The position numbers were made by a program, and so were the translations under genes. Below the pieces are notes generated by a model. That model saw only the letters and a program-made list of their open reading frames with translations. It ran no database searches and was not told where the DNA came from. This document shows, piece after piece, positions 9,682 to 17,969 of a DNA stretch of 64,000 bases. The stretch is taken from the NCBI GenBank assembly GCA_964627215.1, contig CAZVIZ010000001.1:145395-209394 (forward strand). Reading direction: 5' to 3'. Positions within the stretch are counted from its first letter, which is position 1. Each line of letters opens with the position of its first letter. This stretch comes from an uncultured Dehalococcoidales bacterium (lineage in GTDB: Bacteria > Chloroflexota > Dehalococcoidia > Dehalococcoidales > E44-bin46).

Positions 9682-9963
9682 ATGGCACTGTATGTGATGC
9701 TTACTACCTTGACCGACGAGGGCAGGAAGACCATAACCGCCAAGCCCAAGAGAATCAAAGAGGTGAATGAGGAGGTGGAGGCCATGGGGGTCAAGATAAT
9801 CGCCCAGTATGCCCTGTTGGGCCCCTACGACTTCCTCAACATCCTGGAGGCACCGGACAACATCACCGTGTCCAAGCTGGCCATGGATCTGGGAGCCAGG
9901 GGCACCCTCCAGACGATGAGCATGCCCGCTATGCCATTGGACGAGTTCATCGATAAGCTTTAG
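9682..9963 (+). CDS. GYD domain protein
   Basis: MALYVMLTTLTDEGRKTI...GPYDFLNILEAPD matches the GYD family. ATG at 9682 with GGGGAGG upstream is preferred over the track GTG at 9664. Confidence 0.7.
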   Translation: MALYVMLTTLTDEGRKTITAKPKRIKEVNEEVEAMGVKIIAQYALLGPYDFLNILEAPDNITVSKLAMDLGARGTLQTMSMPAMPLDEFIDKL

Positions 9964-9971
9964 AAAATCGG

Positions 9972-10586
9972 GTGAGAATAAGAAATAGACTGGTATTGGC
10001 CACGGGCAACGAGGGTAAGGTGCGTGAATACCGCCGCCTGCTCGCTGGTATCCCCGTGGAGCTTCTAGCGCCGGCCGACGTGGGTGTGGATGTGGAGGTG
10101 GAGGAGGTGGGGGCTACCTTTGAGGAAAACGCTGCCCTTAAAGCCAAGGCCATAGCCTCGCTGAGTGGTATTATGAGCCTGGCCGATGACTCCGGGCTGG
10201 AGGTAGATGCGTTGGGTGGGGAGCCGGGTGTCAGGTCAGCGCGTTACGCTGGCGAGGGGGCTTCGGACGAGGATAGGGTGAGCTATCTGCTTAGCAAGAT
10301 GCGGGGGGTGCCCTGGGAGGAGCGCACGGCGCGGTTTTGCTGTGTTATCGCCGTAGCCTCCCCCGAGGGTGCGGTGGAGTTCTGCGAAGGGAAATGCGAG
10401 GGCATGATAGCGCTCCAGCCCAAAGGGGAGGGCGGCTTTGGCTACGACCCTGTGTTCTATGTCCCGGCTTTGGATAGGACTATGGCAGAGCTCTCTCAGG
10501 CCGAGAAGAACGCCATAAGCCACCGTGGCAGGGCGGCGGGTGGGGTGCCCCGTGTCCTGGAGAGGTTGGGCTATGACCGGCCTTAG
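9972..10586 (+). CDS. rdgB: dITP/XTP pyrophosphatase (RdgB/HAM1)
   Basis: LVLATGNEGKVREY...DDSGLEVDALGGEPGV...GFGYDPVF...SHRGRA. Confidence 0.9.
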   Translation: MRIRNRLVLATGNEGKVREYRRLLAGIPVELLAPADVGVDVEVEEVGATFEENAALKAKAIASLSGIMSLADDSGLEVDALGGEPGVRSARYAGEGASDEDRVSYLLSKMRGVPWEERTARFCCVIAVASPEGAVEFCEGKCEGMIALQPKGEGGFGYDPVFYVPALDRTMAELSQAEKNAISHRGRAAGGVPRVLERLGYDRP

Positions 10587-11559
10587 CGACTCCTTCCAGC
10601 GCCCCATCAACTACCTGCGCATATCGGTTACTGACCGCTGTAACCTGCGTTGTATCTATTGCATGCCTGACGGCGGCGTGCCGCAGGTCTCCCACGAGGA
10701 TATCCTCACCTATGAGGAGATAGCCGCCGTGGCCGAGGCCGCCAGCGAGGTTGGCATAGATAAAGTGCGGCTCACTGGCGGCGAGCCACTGGTCAGGCTA
10801 AACCTGAGCGCCCTGGTCAAGATGCTGGCTCGCATTAAGAGAATAGACGATATCTCCCTATCTACCAACGGCACCCTGCTCAAAAACTATGCTGGGGAGC
10901 TTAAGGCGGCGGGGCTTAAACGGGTTAATATAAGCCTGGATACCCTTAAGCCGGATAGGTTCCGTGCCATTACCCGCAGCGAGCACGAGTTGGGCGATGT
11001 CCTCGCCGGACTGGAGGCCGCTCATGCGGCAGGGCTTACGCCGGTGAAGATAAACGTGGTGGTTATCCGCGGCAAAAACGATGACGAGATAGCTGACTTT
11101 GCTCTAAAGACCATTCATGAGGGCTGGCACGTCCGCTTTATAGAGCTTATGCCTGTAAAGGGCTTGGGTTTGAGCGAGCTTGACTTCGTGCCTGTGGCGG
11201 AGATGAGGAAACGGCTTGAACCGCTGGGACCTCTTGAACCCTGCCTGCCCAGTGCGGGCAACGGCCCGGCTAAGTACCTCCGCTTCACTGGATCCGCCGG
11301 AAGTATAGGCTTCATCACGCCGGTCAGCGAGCACTTCTGCTTTAAATGCAACCGCTTGCGTTTAACCGCTGACGGTAGGCTGCGCCCCTGTCTGCTGGCC
11401 GACGATGAGGTTGACCTCAGGCGTCCATTGCGCCAGGGGGCATCGGCGGCGGAGATTAAGCAGCTTGTAGAGCAGGCGGCGGCGGCTAAGCCGCGACGGC
11501 ATGGTCTGGATAATGGCTGCATGCCCCAGGGCGGCCGTTTCTCTGAGACAGGAGGCTGA
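10573..11559 (+). CDS. moaA: GTP 3',8-cyclase (radical SAM, molybdopterin biosynthesis)
   Basis: INYLRISVTDRCNLRCIYCMP motif. The internal ATG at 10573 is preferred over the track start at 10525. Confidence 0.9.
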   Translation: MTGLSDSFQRPINYLRISVTDRCNLRCIYCMPDGGVPQVSHEDILTYEEIAAVAEAASEVGIDKVRLTGGEPLVRLNLSALVKMLARIKRIDDISLSTNGTLLKNYAGELKAAGLKRVNISLDTLKPDRFRAITRSEHELGDVLAGLEAAHAAGLTPVKINVVVIRGKNDDEIADFALKTIHEGWHVRFIELMPVKGLGLSELDFVPVAEMRKRLEPLGPLEPCLPSAGNGPAKYLRFTGSAGSIGFITPVSEHFCFKCNRLRLTADGRLRPCLLADDEVDLRRPLRQGASAAEIKQLVEQAAAAKPRRHGLDNGCMPQGGRFSETGG

Positions 11560-11562
11560 CCA

Positions 11563-12039
11563 ATGACTGAGATGACCCATATGGACGATTCCGGGCGGCC
11601 GCGTATGGTGGACATAAGCGGCAAGGCCGATACCAGCCGCCTGGCGGCGGCTGGGGGTAGGGTGGAGATGAAGCCCGAAACCCTCGAGATGATAAAGGGG
11701 GGTGGAACGGCCAAGGGGGACGTGCTGGTTGTGGCCAAGCTGGCCGGTATTATGGCGGCCAAACAAACGGCGCAGATGATACCGCTGTGTCATCCTATCC
11801 AGCTTGCCGAGGTGGATATAGACTTCGTCCTGCATGAAGAAGATAGCTCCGTGGAGATAACCGCCCGGGCAAAAGCAGTGGGCAAGACCGGCGTGGAGAT
11901 GGAGGCGATGGTCGCCGTGGCGGCGACGGCGCTGACTATCTATGATATGTGCAAGGCGGTGGACAGGGGCATCAGGGTTCAGGATATCCGCCTCAAGAGC
12001 AAGAGCGGCGGTAAGAGCGGCGATATAGTCCTTGAGTAA
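11563..12039 (+). CDS. moaC: cyclic pyranopterin monophosphate synthase
   Basis: 158 aa: MVDISGK...IPLCHPI...GVEMEAM...TIYDMCKA. Confidence 0.9.
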   Translation: MTEMTHMDDSGRPRMVDISGKADTSRLAAAGGRVEMKPETLEMIKGGGTAKGDVLVVAKLAGIMAAKQTAQMIPLCHPIQLAEVDIDFVLHEEDSSVEITARAKAVGKTGVEMEAMVAVAATALTIYDMCKAVDRGIRVQDIRLKSKSGGKSGDIVLE

Positions 12040-12104
12040 ACGGGGATATTGATATATAGTATGTCTATATATATCTGGGAATATACACTTTCTGGGGGTG
12101 TGTC

Positions 12105-13247
12105 ATGAAGCTTACTTGTCTTCAGGAGAACTTGAACCGCGGACTGGGCATAGTGGGGAGGGCGGTGGCCACCAGGGCCACGTTGCCTATAACCAGCAAT
12201 GTCCTTCTATCGGCGGAGGCGTCCCAGCTCAAGCTGGCGGCTACCAATCTGGAGATGGCAATAAGCTGTCGGGTAGGGGCCAAGGTGGAGAAAGAGGGTT
12301 CAATCACCGTACCTGCCCGGCTGCTCATAGAGTTCGTGAACTCCCTGCCCAACGATAAAGTGGATATCCAACTGCTTCCCCAGACCAAAACCCTGGAGCT
12401 TAAGTGCGCCCGCTTCGAGGCGCGTATAAGCGGGGTGGATGCCAAGGACTTTCCGCCTATACCGGAGGTGGCCCAGGGGGTTCCTACTAAGGCACAGGTA
12501 GATGCCCTTAGGCAGGGTATCAACCAGGTGGTCTTCGCCGCCGCTACCGAGGAGTCTCGCCCCGTACTTACCGGCGTGGACGCCGAGTTTGATGGCGAGA
12601 ATGTAACCATGGCCGCTGCCGATGGCTTCCGCCTGGCGGTGTATAAATTGCCCCTGGCCAAGAAGGTTACCCAGAAGACCCAGGTGATTATCCCATCTCG
12701 CACCCTCGCCGAGCTGGGGCGGCTGATCACCGACGAGGAGTCGGTGGATATTATGGTGGATCCCGATAAGAGCCAGATACTGTTCAGCCTTAAGGGCAAG
12801 GCGCAGAGCATAGCCCTGGTGTCGCAGCTGGTCCAGGGTAGCTTCCCCAACTATGGCCAGCTTATACCGCAGGATTGTAAGACTAAGGCAGTGGTGGACA
12901 CCACGTCCTTCTTAAGGGCGGCCAAGACTGCCTCTATCTTCGCCCGTGATGGCAGCGGCATCGTCCGCCTGGTAATGGCCCCCGGCGTTGAGATGACGCC
13001 TGGCAGAATGACCGTATCTGCCCGCTCCGAGGAGATAGGCGACGATGTGGGCGAGATAGACGCCGTGGTGGATGGCGAGGAGTCTAAGATAGCCTTTAAC
13101 GGCAAGTACCTGATAGATGTCTTGAACGTGCTCCGGGAGGAGCAGGTTTCACTGGAGACAACCAACCCCTCTAGCCCTGGTGTTATTCGCCCTGTGGGCA
13201 CGGACAACTACATCCATGTTGTAATGCCCATGTTCGTTCAGTGGTGA
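12105..13247 (+). CDS. dnaN: DNA polymerase III beta sliding clamp
   Basis: 380 aa: MKLTCLQENLNRGL...LPITSNVLL...MPMFVQW C-terminus. No dnaA is adjacent. Confidence 0.9.
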   Translation: MKLTCLQENLNRGLGIVGRAVATRATLPITSNVLLSAEASQLKLAATNLEMAISCRVGAKVEKEGSITVPARLLIEFVNSLPNDKVDIQLLPQTKTLELKCARFEARISGVDAKDFPPIPEVAQGVPTKAQVDALRQGINQVVFAAATEESRPVLTGVDAEFDGENVTMAAADGFRLAVYKLPLAKKVTQKTQVIIPSRTLAELGRLITDEESVDIMVDPDKSQILFSLKGKAQSIALVSQLVQGSFPNYGQLIPQDCKTKAVVDTTSFLRAAKTASIFARDGSGIVRLVMAPGVEMTPGRMTVSARSEEIGDDVGEIDAVVDGEESKIAFNGKYLIDVLNVLREEQVSLETTNPSSPGVIRPVGTDNYIHVVMPMFVQW

Positions 13248-13254
13248 GTAAGCT
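13224..13254 (+). repeat. direct repeat copy 1 (native dnaN 3' end plus stop), att-like
   Basis: ATGCCCATGTTCGTTCAGTGGTGAGTAAGCT recurs at 16951-16975 (24/25) and 17144-17169 (22/26). Confidence 0.8.
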
Positions 13255-13338
13255 CGACGAATCCCCTGATGATTCCGTGGACATAGATTCCAGCGGTATG
13301 ATGCTTGACTTTACAGGTATCTATCAAACGGGCACTAG

Positions 13339-14121
13339 TTAATCCGGAATTACTATTATCGGTTTCCCATTCGGTCCGATTACAGAATTTCCCTCTCCAT
13401 CTAAGACAGCCCGACCTAGTATCGGGGCTCCATCTTCATCTACAAGAGGATTGCCCGTTGGGTTCATCACAGGTTGTGGCTCGCCGAATTGTGTATCATC
13501 ACGGAATGTTTCCGATGGTGATAGCTCATCATCTTGCATCTCAGAGCGTGGTATTCCTCCTGGTGGAGTCGGATCCTGGGTTGGGTCATCTTGCCTATCA
13601 GGGCGAGGAGTATACGCGAATCTTTCATTGTCGGGTCCAGACGTGAATCCTGGACCGAGTTCAAGAAAATACGTCACGGGGGGGGATATCCATCCTTCGT
13701 CAGTATCAGTAAAATATATCGGCTCGCCTTCAGGATACTCACTATAATCGAGGACCGGTTCTCCCGTTTCATAAAAGAGTTGTCGACCCAGCACCGGGTA
13801 TCCATCTGCGGTTACAATAATATCACCATTGAAATCTCTAACATTCTGCACATCGCCTAATTCTTGACCCTCAGGGACTTCTATTTGCAAGAAAGAATCA
13901 CTATACTTATAATCATCATACTCATAACGATCATCATCTCCGCCATTACCGCCATCATCTCCGCCATGGTCACCATCTCCGCCATTACCGCCATCATCTC
14001 CGCCATGGTCACCACCTCCGCCATTACCGCCATCACCAGGAATATAGGCCAATGTTGGGGAAGACAAGGCTATAATAAAGATCAATGATAGTATTAGCGA
14101 AAAAGCTAATTTCATTTTCAT
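13339..14121 (-). CDS. secreted acidic Gly/Asp-repeat protein, function unknown
   Basis: 260 aa. It has an N-terminal signal peptide (MKMKLAFSLILSLIFIIALSSPTLA), then GDHGGDDGGNGGD repeats. The gene is AT-rich. Confidence 0.6.
   Translation of the reverse strand: MKMKLAFSLILSLIFIIALSSPTLAYIPGDGGNGGGGDHGGDDGGNGGDGDHGGDDGGNGGDDDRYEYDDYKYSDSFLQIEVPEGQELGDVQNVRDFNGDIIVTADGYPVLGRQLFYETGEPVLDYSEYPEGEPIYFTDTDEGWISPPVTYFLELGPGFTSGPDNERFAYTPRPDRQDDPTQDPTPPGGIPRSEMQDDELSPSETFRDDTQFGEPQPVMNPTGNPLVDEDGAPILGRAVLDGEGNSVIGPNGKPIIVIPD
13935..14037. repeat. 39-bp in-frame tandem repeat (2 full units plus a partial one)
   Basis: CATCTCCGCCATTACCGCCATCATCTCCGCCATGGTCAC occurs at 13935-13973 and identically at 13974-14012, with a partial variant to 14037. 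It encodes GDHGGDDGGNGGD on the minus strand. Confidence 0.9.
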
Positions 14122-14161
14122 AAGTATATTTTACCCCCTCTACAAAAGTAGACTCTAATGG

Positions 14162-14725
14162 CTATTTCTCCCCAAACCAACTAATGGTTTCCAGTTTATT
14201 AAGCAGATGTACCCCCACCTGCTCAAGTGCTTCCTTACGAGATTTACCGGCATCACTCCAACTCTCGTACTGGGACAGGGTCCAAATATTATCTTTCGGC
14301 AAAGAATCAACTAGTGTAGTGTAATCATAATGGGTCGTGTAATAGACATCGAAAGCTGCCTGAGAGTTTGTATCGTCAATGGCTGCAATGAGACTAACCA
14401 GTTGAGAATTAAACGCGGCTACGTCATCGAAATTATAAGCACCGGTTCCATAATAGTAATCGTACCAAAGTAAGTAAGCAGTAATCGCGGACAGTTCTTC
14501 ATTCAGTTTGGTAGAATTATTGAGCGAGTTCTCAAGTTCTCCATTGGTTTTGGTCAAATCCTCAACTCGGGTGTTGAGTTCTTCCAGTTGCTGTTGGGAA
14601 GAGGTTAATTCAGACGTTAATTGGTCGTGTTGCTCCTGAGGGATTCCGGATGAACAACCTGACAAAGCCAGCACCATAATCATTAATGGTAGATAGATTG
14701 CGAAGTACTTCATTTTTGTTGTCAC
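14162..14725 (-). CDS. lipoprotein with coiled-coil segment, function unknown
   Basis: 187 aa with lipobox LALSGC after a hydrophobic N-terminus, and a Q/E/L-rich heptad-like stretch. Confidence 0.6.
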   Translation of the reverse strand: MTTKMKYFAIYLPLMIMVLALSGCSSGIPQEQHDQLTSELTSSQQQLEELNTRVEDLTKTNGELENSLNNSTKLNEELSAITAYLLWYDYYYGTGAYNFDDVAAFNSQLVSLIAAIDDTNSQAAFDVYYTTHYDYTTLVDSLPKDNIWTLSQYESWSDAGKSRKEALEQVGVHLLNKLETISWFGEK

Positions 14726-14833
14726 GATAACATACTCCTATACCAGAGTATTCGCACTTTACTAAAAAAAAACGCCATTAGTCAAGAATTTAGTAACAGC
14801 TTGTATCATGCAGTGTGCAAAAAGTCCGAAATA

Positions 14834-14947
14834 TCACATTTTGACGGAGTGCTCCTCCAGGTAGGGCAGCATGACATTGCGGACGCCGGGGTCAATCGGG
14901 GTGGTAGCATTGTAGTCAAGGTATATCGGCTTCTCACTGGGTTTCAT
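14834..14947 (-). pseudogene. 5' stub of a cysteine desulfurase (NifS/IscS-like) gene
   Basis: Own translation: MKPSEKPIYLDYNATTPIDPGVRNVMLPYLEEHSVKM*. IYLDYNATTP...V...M.PYL is the conserved class V aminotransferase N-terminus. Only 37 codons remain, and the GC-rich patch ends where AT-rich DNA begins. Confidence 0.65.
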
Positions 14948-14963
14948 TGATGGTGCTATCTTA

Positions 14964-15683
14964 TCAGTGTTCCTCTACTTTCGATATGAACATGCCGTGC
15001 CATGTATGATACCAGACGTCTCCTGAGTAGCCATTTATGCTCAGCATGCCATAGTGCTCATCTTCAAGCTTGGCCATTATGGTATAGTAGCCGTAGTAGG
15101 CGACAATCTCGTCAGCCTCGGCGCCGGGGTATGCCACGTCCAGAAAGCCCTGAGCGAGTTCCAGGGCCCTTTCCGGGGTAACTGCCATCTGAGCCTGCTG
15201 AGAGCTGCCCATCATGCCGTACTTGCTGTTCCACATCATGCTCTGGGGCTCGACTTGGAGGCTGCCACTATATCTGTCGATGATGGTCTCAATGGCTCCT
15301 CTGGCGGTGCTCTTCTCAATTAGGGACACGTAGAAGTTGTGGGAGTACTCCTCGAACTCATCGATTCTAAGGTCCGGGTTGTTCAGGGATGCCAAATAGT
15401 CATTTGCTATATCCTTAGCATCGTCATGAGAGAGCGGGACGAGAGCTCCAGAGTAGTATCCCATCATACCCCTCATCCCAGGCATGCCACTCATCATTCC
15501 CGATCCCGTCATACTTGACCCCATCATACCGCCGGAGCCCATCATGCCACCTGGGCTCATCATCCCGCCACCCTGCTGTGGCTGCTGGTAAGACGGCGTT
15601 GCAGGCTGAGTGGTGACACAGGAAGTAAGCACTAGTGGGACTAGTATCACTAGTAGAATACCTAACGTGTATAACCTCCTCAT
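14964..15683 (-). CDS. Met/Gly-rich lipoprotein (possible soft-metal binding), function unknown
   Basis: 239 aa with lipobox LVLTSC, then GGGMMSPGGMMGSGGMMGSSMTGSGMMSGMPGMRGMMG, then a globular C-terminal domain. Confidence 0.6.
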   Translation of the reverse strand: MRRLYTLGILLVILVPLVLTSCVTTQPATPSYQQPQQGGGMMSPGGMMGSGGMMGSSMTGSGMMSGMPGMRGMMGYYSGALVPLSHDDAKDIANDYLASLNNPDLRIDEFEEYSHNFYVSLIEKSTARGAIETIIDRYSGSLQVEPQSMMWNSKYGMMGSSQQAQMAVTPERALELAQGFLDVAYPGAEADEIVAYYGYYTIMAKLEDEHYGMLSINGYSGDVWYHTWHGMFISKVEEH

Positions 15684-15719
15684 CCCTGACCTCCAACCAT
15701 GAGTTGTCTTTCACGAATA

Positions 15720-16058
15720 TTAAACCATGTCCTTCTTCTTCTCTTCGTACTCCTGCTTATCTATCTCACCTCGGGCATATCTCTTTTTGAGCATTTCCAG
15801 AGGCGAGTCTGCTTTTAAGGAGTGAGAACCCCTTGACTCACCTAAACCGTGGACCAGAGCCACTACAGCCCATATGATAAGCCCCCAGAAAACCGGCATT
15901 AGCCACATCCCCCCGAAGCCGCCCATCATCCAGGGCCCCGTCATTCCGTATCCGTAGCATGGCCAACCCGGAATTGCTCCAAAAACCAGGGGTAAGACAA
16001 CAATGATGACTACCGCTATGCTACCGACAATAATGGCAGTCTTAATATTTTTATTCAT
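15720..16058 (-). CDS. SHOCT-domain membrane protein
   Basis: 112 aa with two hydrophobic segments containing M/G/W-rich loops. The C-terminal LEMLKKRYARGEIDKQEYEEKKKDM matches the SHOCT motif. Confidence 0.7.
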   Translation of the reverse strand: MNKNIKTAIIVGSIAVVIIVVLPLVFGAIPGWPCYGYGMTGPWMMGGFGGMWLMPVFWGLIIWAVVALVHGLGESRGSHSLKADSPLEMLKKRYARGEIDKQEYEEKKKDMV

Positions 16059-16169
16059 TCTGTCCCCCGCTTATCTATAATGATAGTGGAAGCATCGTTC
16101 TGGGATTCCAAACTCTTCAGCTTATGCCTGTCCTTTGGCAAGTGATACTCACCTTAACCGGTAATCGTT

Positions 16170-16496
16170 TTAGCCGAAAGTCACCACCTTGTCCGACTCG
16201 TCAATCATCTCCACCAATTGCGACATGGTAGAGATGGGACATACCCCAGCCTCCTTGTTCCTGGATTTGAGACAGGTGCCGCAGGCCAAAAGCCTGCCTT
16301 CGTGATTCAGGAACTGTGTTAGACCCTCAGCAACATTGAACTTCTTGTCCTTGACGTTCTCTATCTCCACACCGCTCCCCAAGAGAAACACGCTGGTTTC
16401 ATGACCATCAGCCAGAGCTTTGTTGCCCAAGCGCAGTGCATTCCAGGCGGTCTCAGGGTCGTTGCTGTTTAAGATGATGCCAAGCTTCATTACCAT
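16170..16496 (-). CDS. DsrE/DsrF-like sulfur-relay family protein
   Basis: 108 aa: MKLGIILNSNDPETAWNALRLGN...LLACGTCLK, matching the DsrE-like fold pattern. Confidence 0.55.
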   Translation of the reverse strand: MVMKLGIILNSNDPETAWNALRLGNKALADGHETSVFLLGSGVEIENVKDKKFNVAEGLTQFLNHEGRLLACGTCLKSRNKEAGVCPISTMSQLVEMIDESDKVVTFG

Positions 16497-16511
16497 ACCT
16501 CCTGACTAGTT

Positions 16512-16832
16512 TCATTTATCCCGAATAAGGGCTGCATCCTGTCTGATTTGCTCGAACAGTATTTCCCGCAATAAATCAAAGGCCTCAAGGAGGCGAGGAT
16601 TGGCTACTCGATAATAGACCACATTTCCCTCCTTCCTTGAGACGAGGATGCGGCGCTCCCTCATCATGGCCAGGTGCTGGGATAAATTGGCCACGGCCAG
16701 CCCCAGCCTCTGGGACAGATCGGTTACACTCATCTCTTCATCGCGGAGAATGTTAATGAGCTGCAGTCGTTTAGGGTGAGAGAACACCTTACACATCTCG
16801 GCGTGGTAGGAATAGATCTGGTCTTCTTCCAC
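16512..16832 (-). CDS. ArsR/SmtB family transcriptional regulator
   Basis: 106 aa: FSHPKRLQLINILRDEEMSVTDLSQRLGLAVANLSQHLAMMRERRILVSRKEGNVVYYRV (winged HTH). GTG start lies 7 nt after AGGAGG. Confidence 0.85.
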   Translation of the reverse strand: MEEDQIYSYHAEMCKVFSHPKRLQLINILRDEEMSVTDLSQRLGLAVANLSQHLAMMRERRILVSRKEGNVVYYRVANPRLLEAFDLLREILFEQIRQDAALIRDK

Positions 16833-16861
16833 TTATACCTCCTGTATGCGTAAATAAATAC

Positions 16862-16877
16862 TTTAGAAACTTCTAAA
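16862..16877. promoter_or_regulatory. candidate ArsR operator palindrome TTTAGAA-AC-TTCTAAA
   Basis: Perfect 7-2-7 inverted repeat 30-45 bp upstream of the arsR-like start. It sits just downstream of a minus-strand TATAAT. Confidence 0.45.
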
Positions 16878-16950
16878 ATACTATATAATTATAATAGCTG
16901 ACACCTTTTTCCATGTCAACCCCCGTGGTCGGATATTTTGGGGGTACATA

Positions 16951-16975
16951 ATGTTCGTCCAGTGGTGAGTAAGCT
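16951..16975 (+). repeat. direct repeat copy 2 of the dnaN 3' end
   Basis: ATGTTCGTCCAGTGGTGAGTAAGCT matches dnaN 13230-13254 at 24/25 positions. The single difference is a synonymous third-codon position. Confidence 0.8.
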
Positions 16976-17143
16976 TTAGCGAGCTCGCCGATGCCTCCGT
17001 TTGAGCGGTCTCCAGCGGAATTGCACCCTGGGACCGATTTTCTCTGGCGTGGCTTTCCCTCGCTTGTGCCTTCGGCCGAATTCCGATATAATAGCTTGTG
17101 TGTCCGGTGGTCGGGTTGTACTTACCCGTTTGAATTAACAAAC

Positions 17144-17169
17144 ATGCCTATGTTTGTCCACTGGTGAGT
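17144..17169 (+). repeat. direct repeat copy 3 of the dnaN 3' end (more diverged)
   Basis: ATGCCTATGTTTGTCCACTGGTGAGT matches 13224-13249 at 22/26 positions and reads MPMFVHW*. All four differences fall on third codon positions. Confidence 0.7.
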
Positions 17170-17852
17170 TGTTTTAAGGGTATCGGTTAAGGCGGGCTGG
17201 TGGAGGCGGGGATCTGATGTGGGTGGCCAGGGAAGGGGCGCATAGGATAATCAAGCCCCATCAGGCTGAGCTTCTGTCTGACGACGTGAAAAAAACCTGC
17301 GTGAGATTGTGGAAACTGCCAGGAAAGAGCTTGTATGAGCTTTGATAGGGCCGATGTTTGGGGAACCTGGTGTCGGCGGCATTCAAGAGTTACTGTGAGT
17401 TGAAGGAAATTCAGCTGATTGTGAGCATAATAGGGTCATCGTGTATGTCAGGGTGATATCCGGCCAGTTGGATAGAATCTTGGTCATGGATGGTGGCCGT
17501 AGTGCATTTGATATAGCGGGACAGATTCTCACCAGCGAGATTCAAGACATGGTGCGCATTAACCACGTGGTCTGGGTGCGGACCAGCGATTCGTTGGAAT
17601 CTGTCATGAACCTTGAGAGCGAGGTATGCATCGGCGCGCAGGACGAATCCCCGGCATCTACAAGGGATACCCTTATACATGTAACAGACTTGATAGAGGA
17701 GTTTGACCTGGAGTATAGGAGGTTGAAGGCGGGGTGGGGGATTATGAAAGTGCGGATTTAGTGGCGTTGCAAGATGTGCCGGGATTATAACTTGGATATC
17801 AATTGTCTCCGGCGTGGCCTGCCAATTTGTAGCCTAAGATTGTGGCCGACTC

Positions 17853-17893
17853 CATGCCCTGATGTAAGTGTAAGCGGATTACATCAGGGCATG
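17853..17893. other. perfect 15-bp inverted repeat (hairpin) downstream of ureD
   Basis: CATGCCCTGATGTAA-11 nt-TTACATCAGGGCATG. There is no clear U-tract on either strand. Confidence 0.3.
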
Positions 17894-17969
17894 ATTTAAC
17901 AAACAAGTCAGGATATATCTCCCGCCGCATTTTGGGTGTCAGGAAACCGGGCGAAGTGAAGGGTTACCC

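Larger units (their letters stand above)
13255..16950. mobile_element. decayed integrated-element module bounded by dnaN-3'-end direct repeats (no recombinase retained)
   Basis: The segment is flanked by repeat copies 1 and 2. Composition is AT-richer by eye than dnaN and the core. It contains a truncated cysteine desulfurase gene, which indicates rearrangement. Confidence 0.45.

Noticed and set aside
12040-12104. AT-rich stretch upstream of dnaN as a possible oriC with DnaA boxes.
   Set aside because: I found no TTATCCACA-like 9-mers. The stretch is only about 65 bp, and dnaA is not adjacent.
17411-17761. Overlapping ORFs of 89 aa (minus strand) and 106 aa (plus strand) in the dnaN-remnant/ureD gap. 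A short frame ending ...REIVETARKELV* near 17340 also lies there.
   Set aside because: No recognisable motifs or ribosome-binding sites, and the ORFs are mutually exclusive. They may be gene debris from the lost element, but I cannot support a call.
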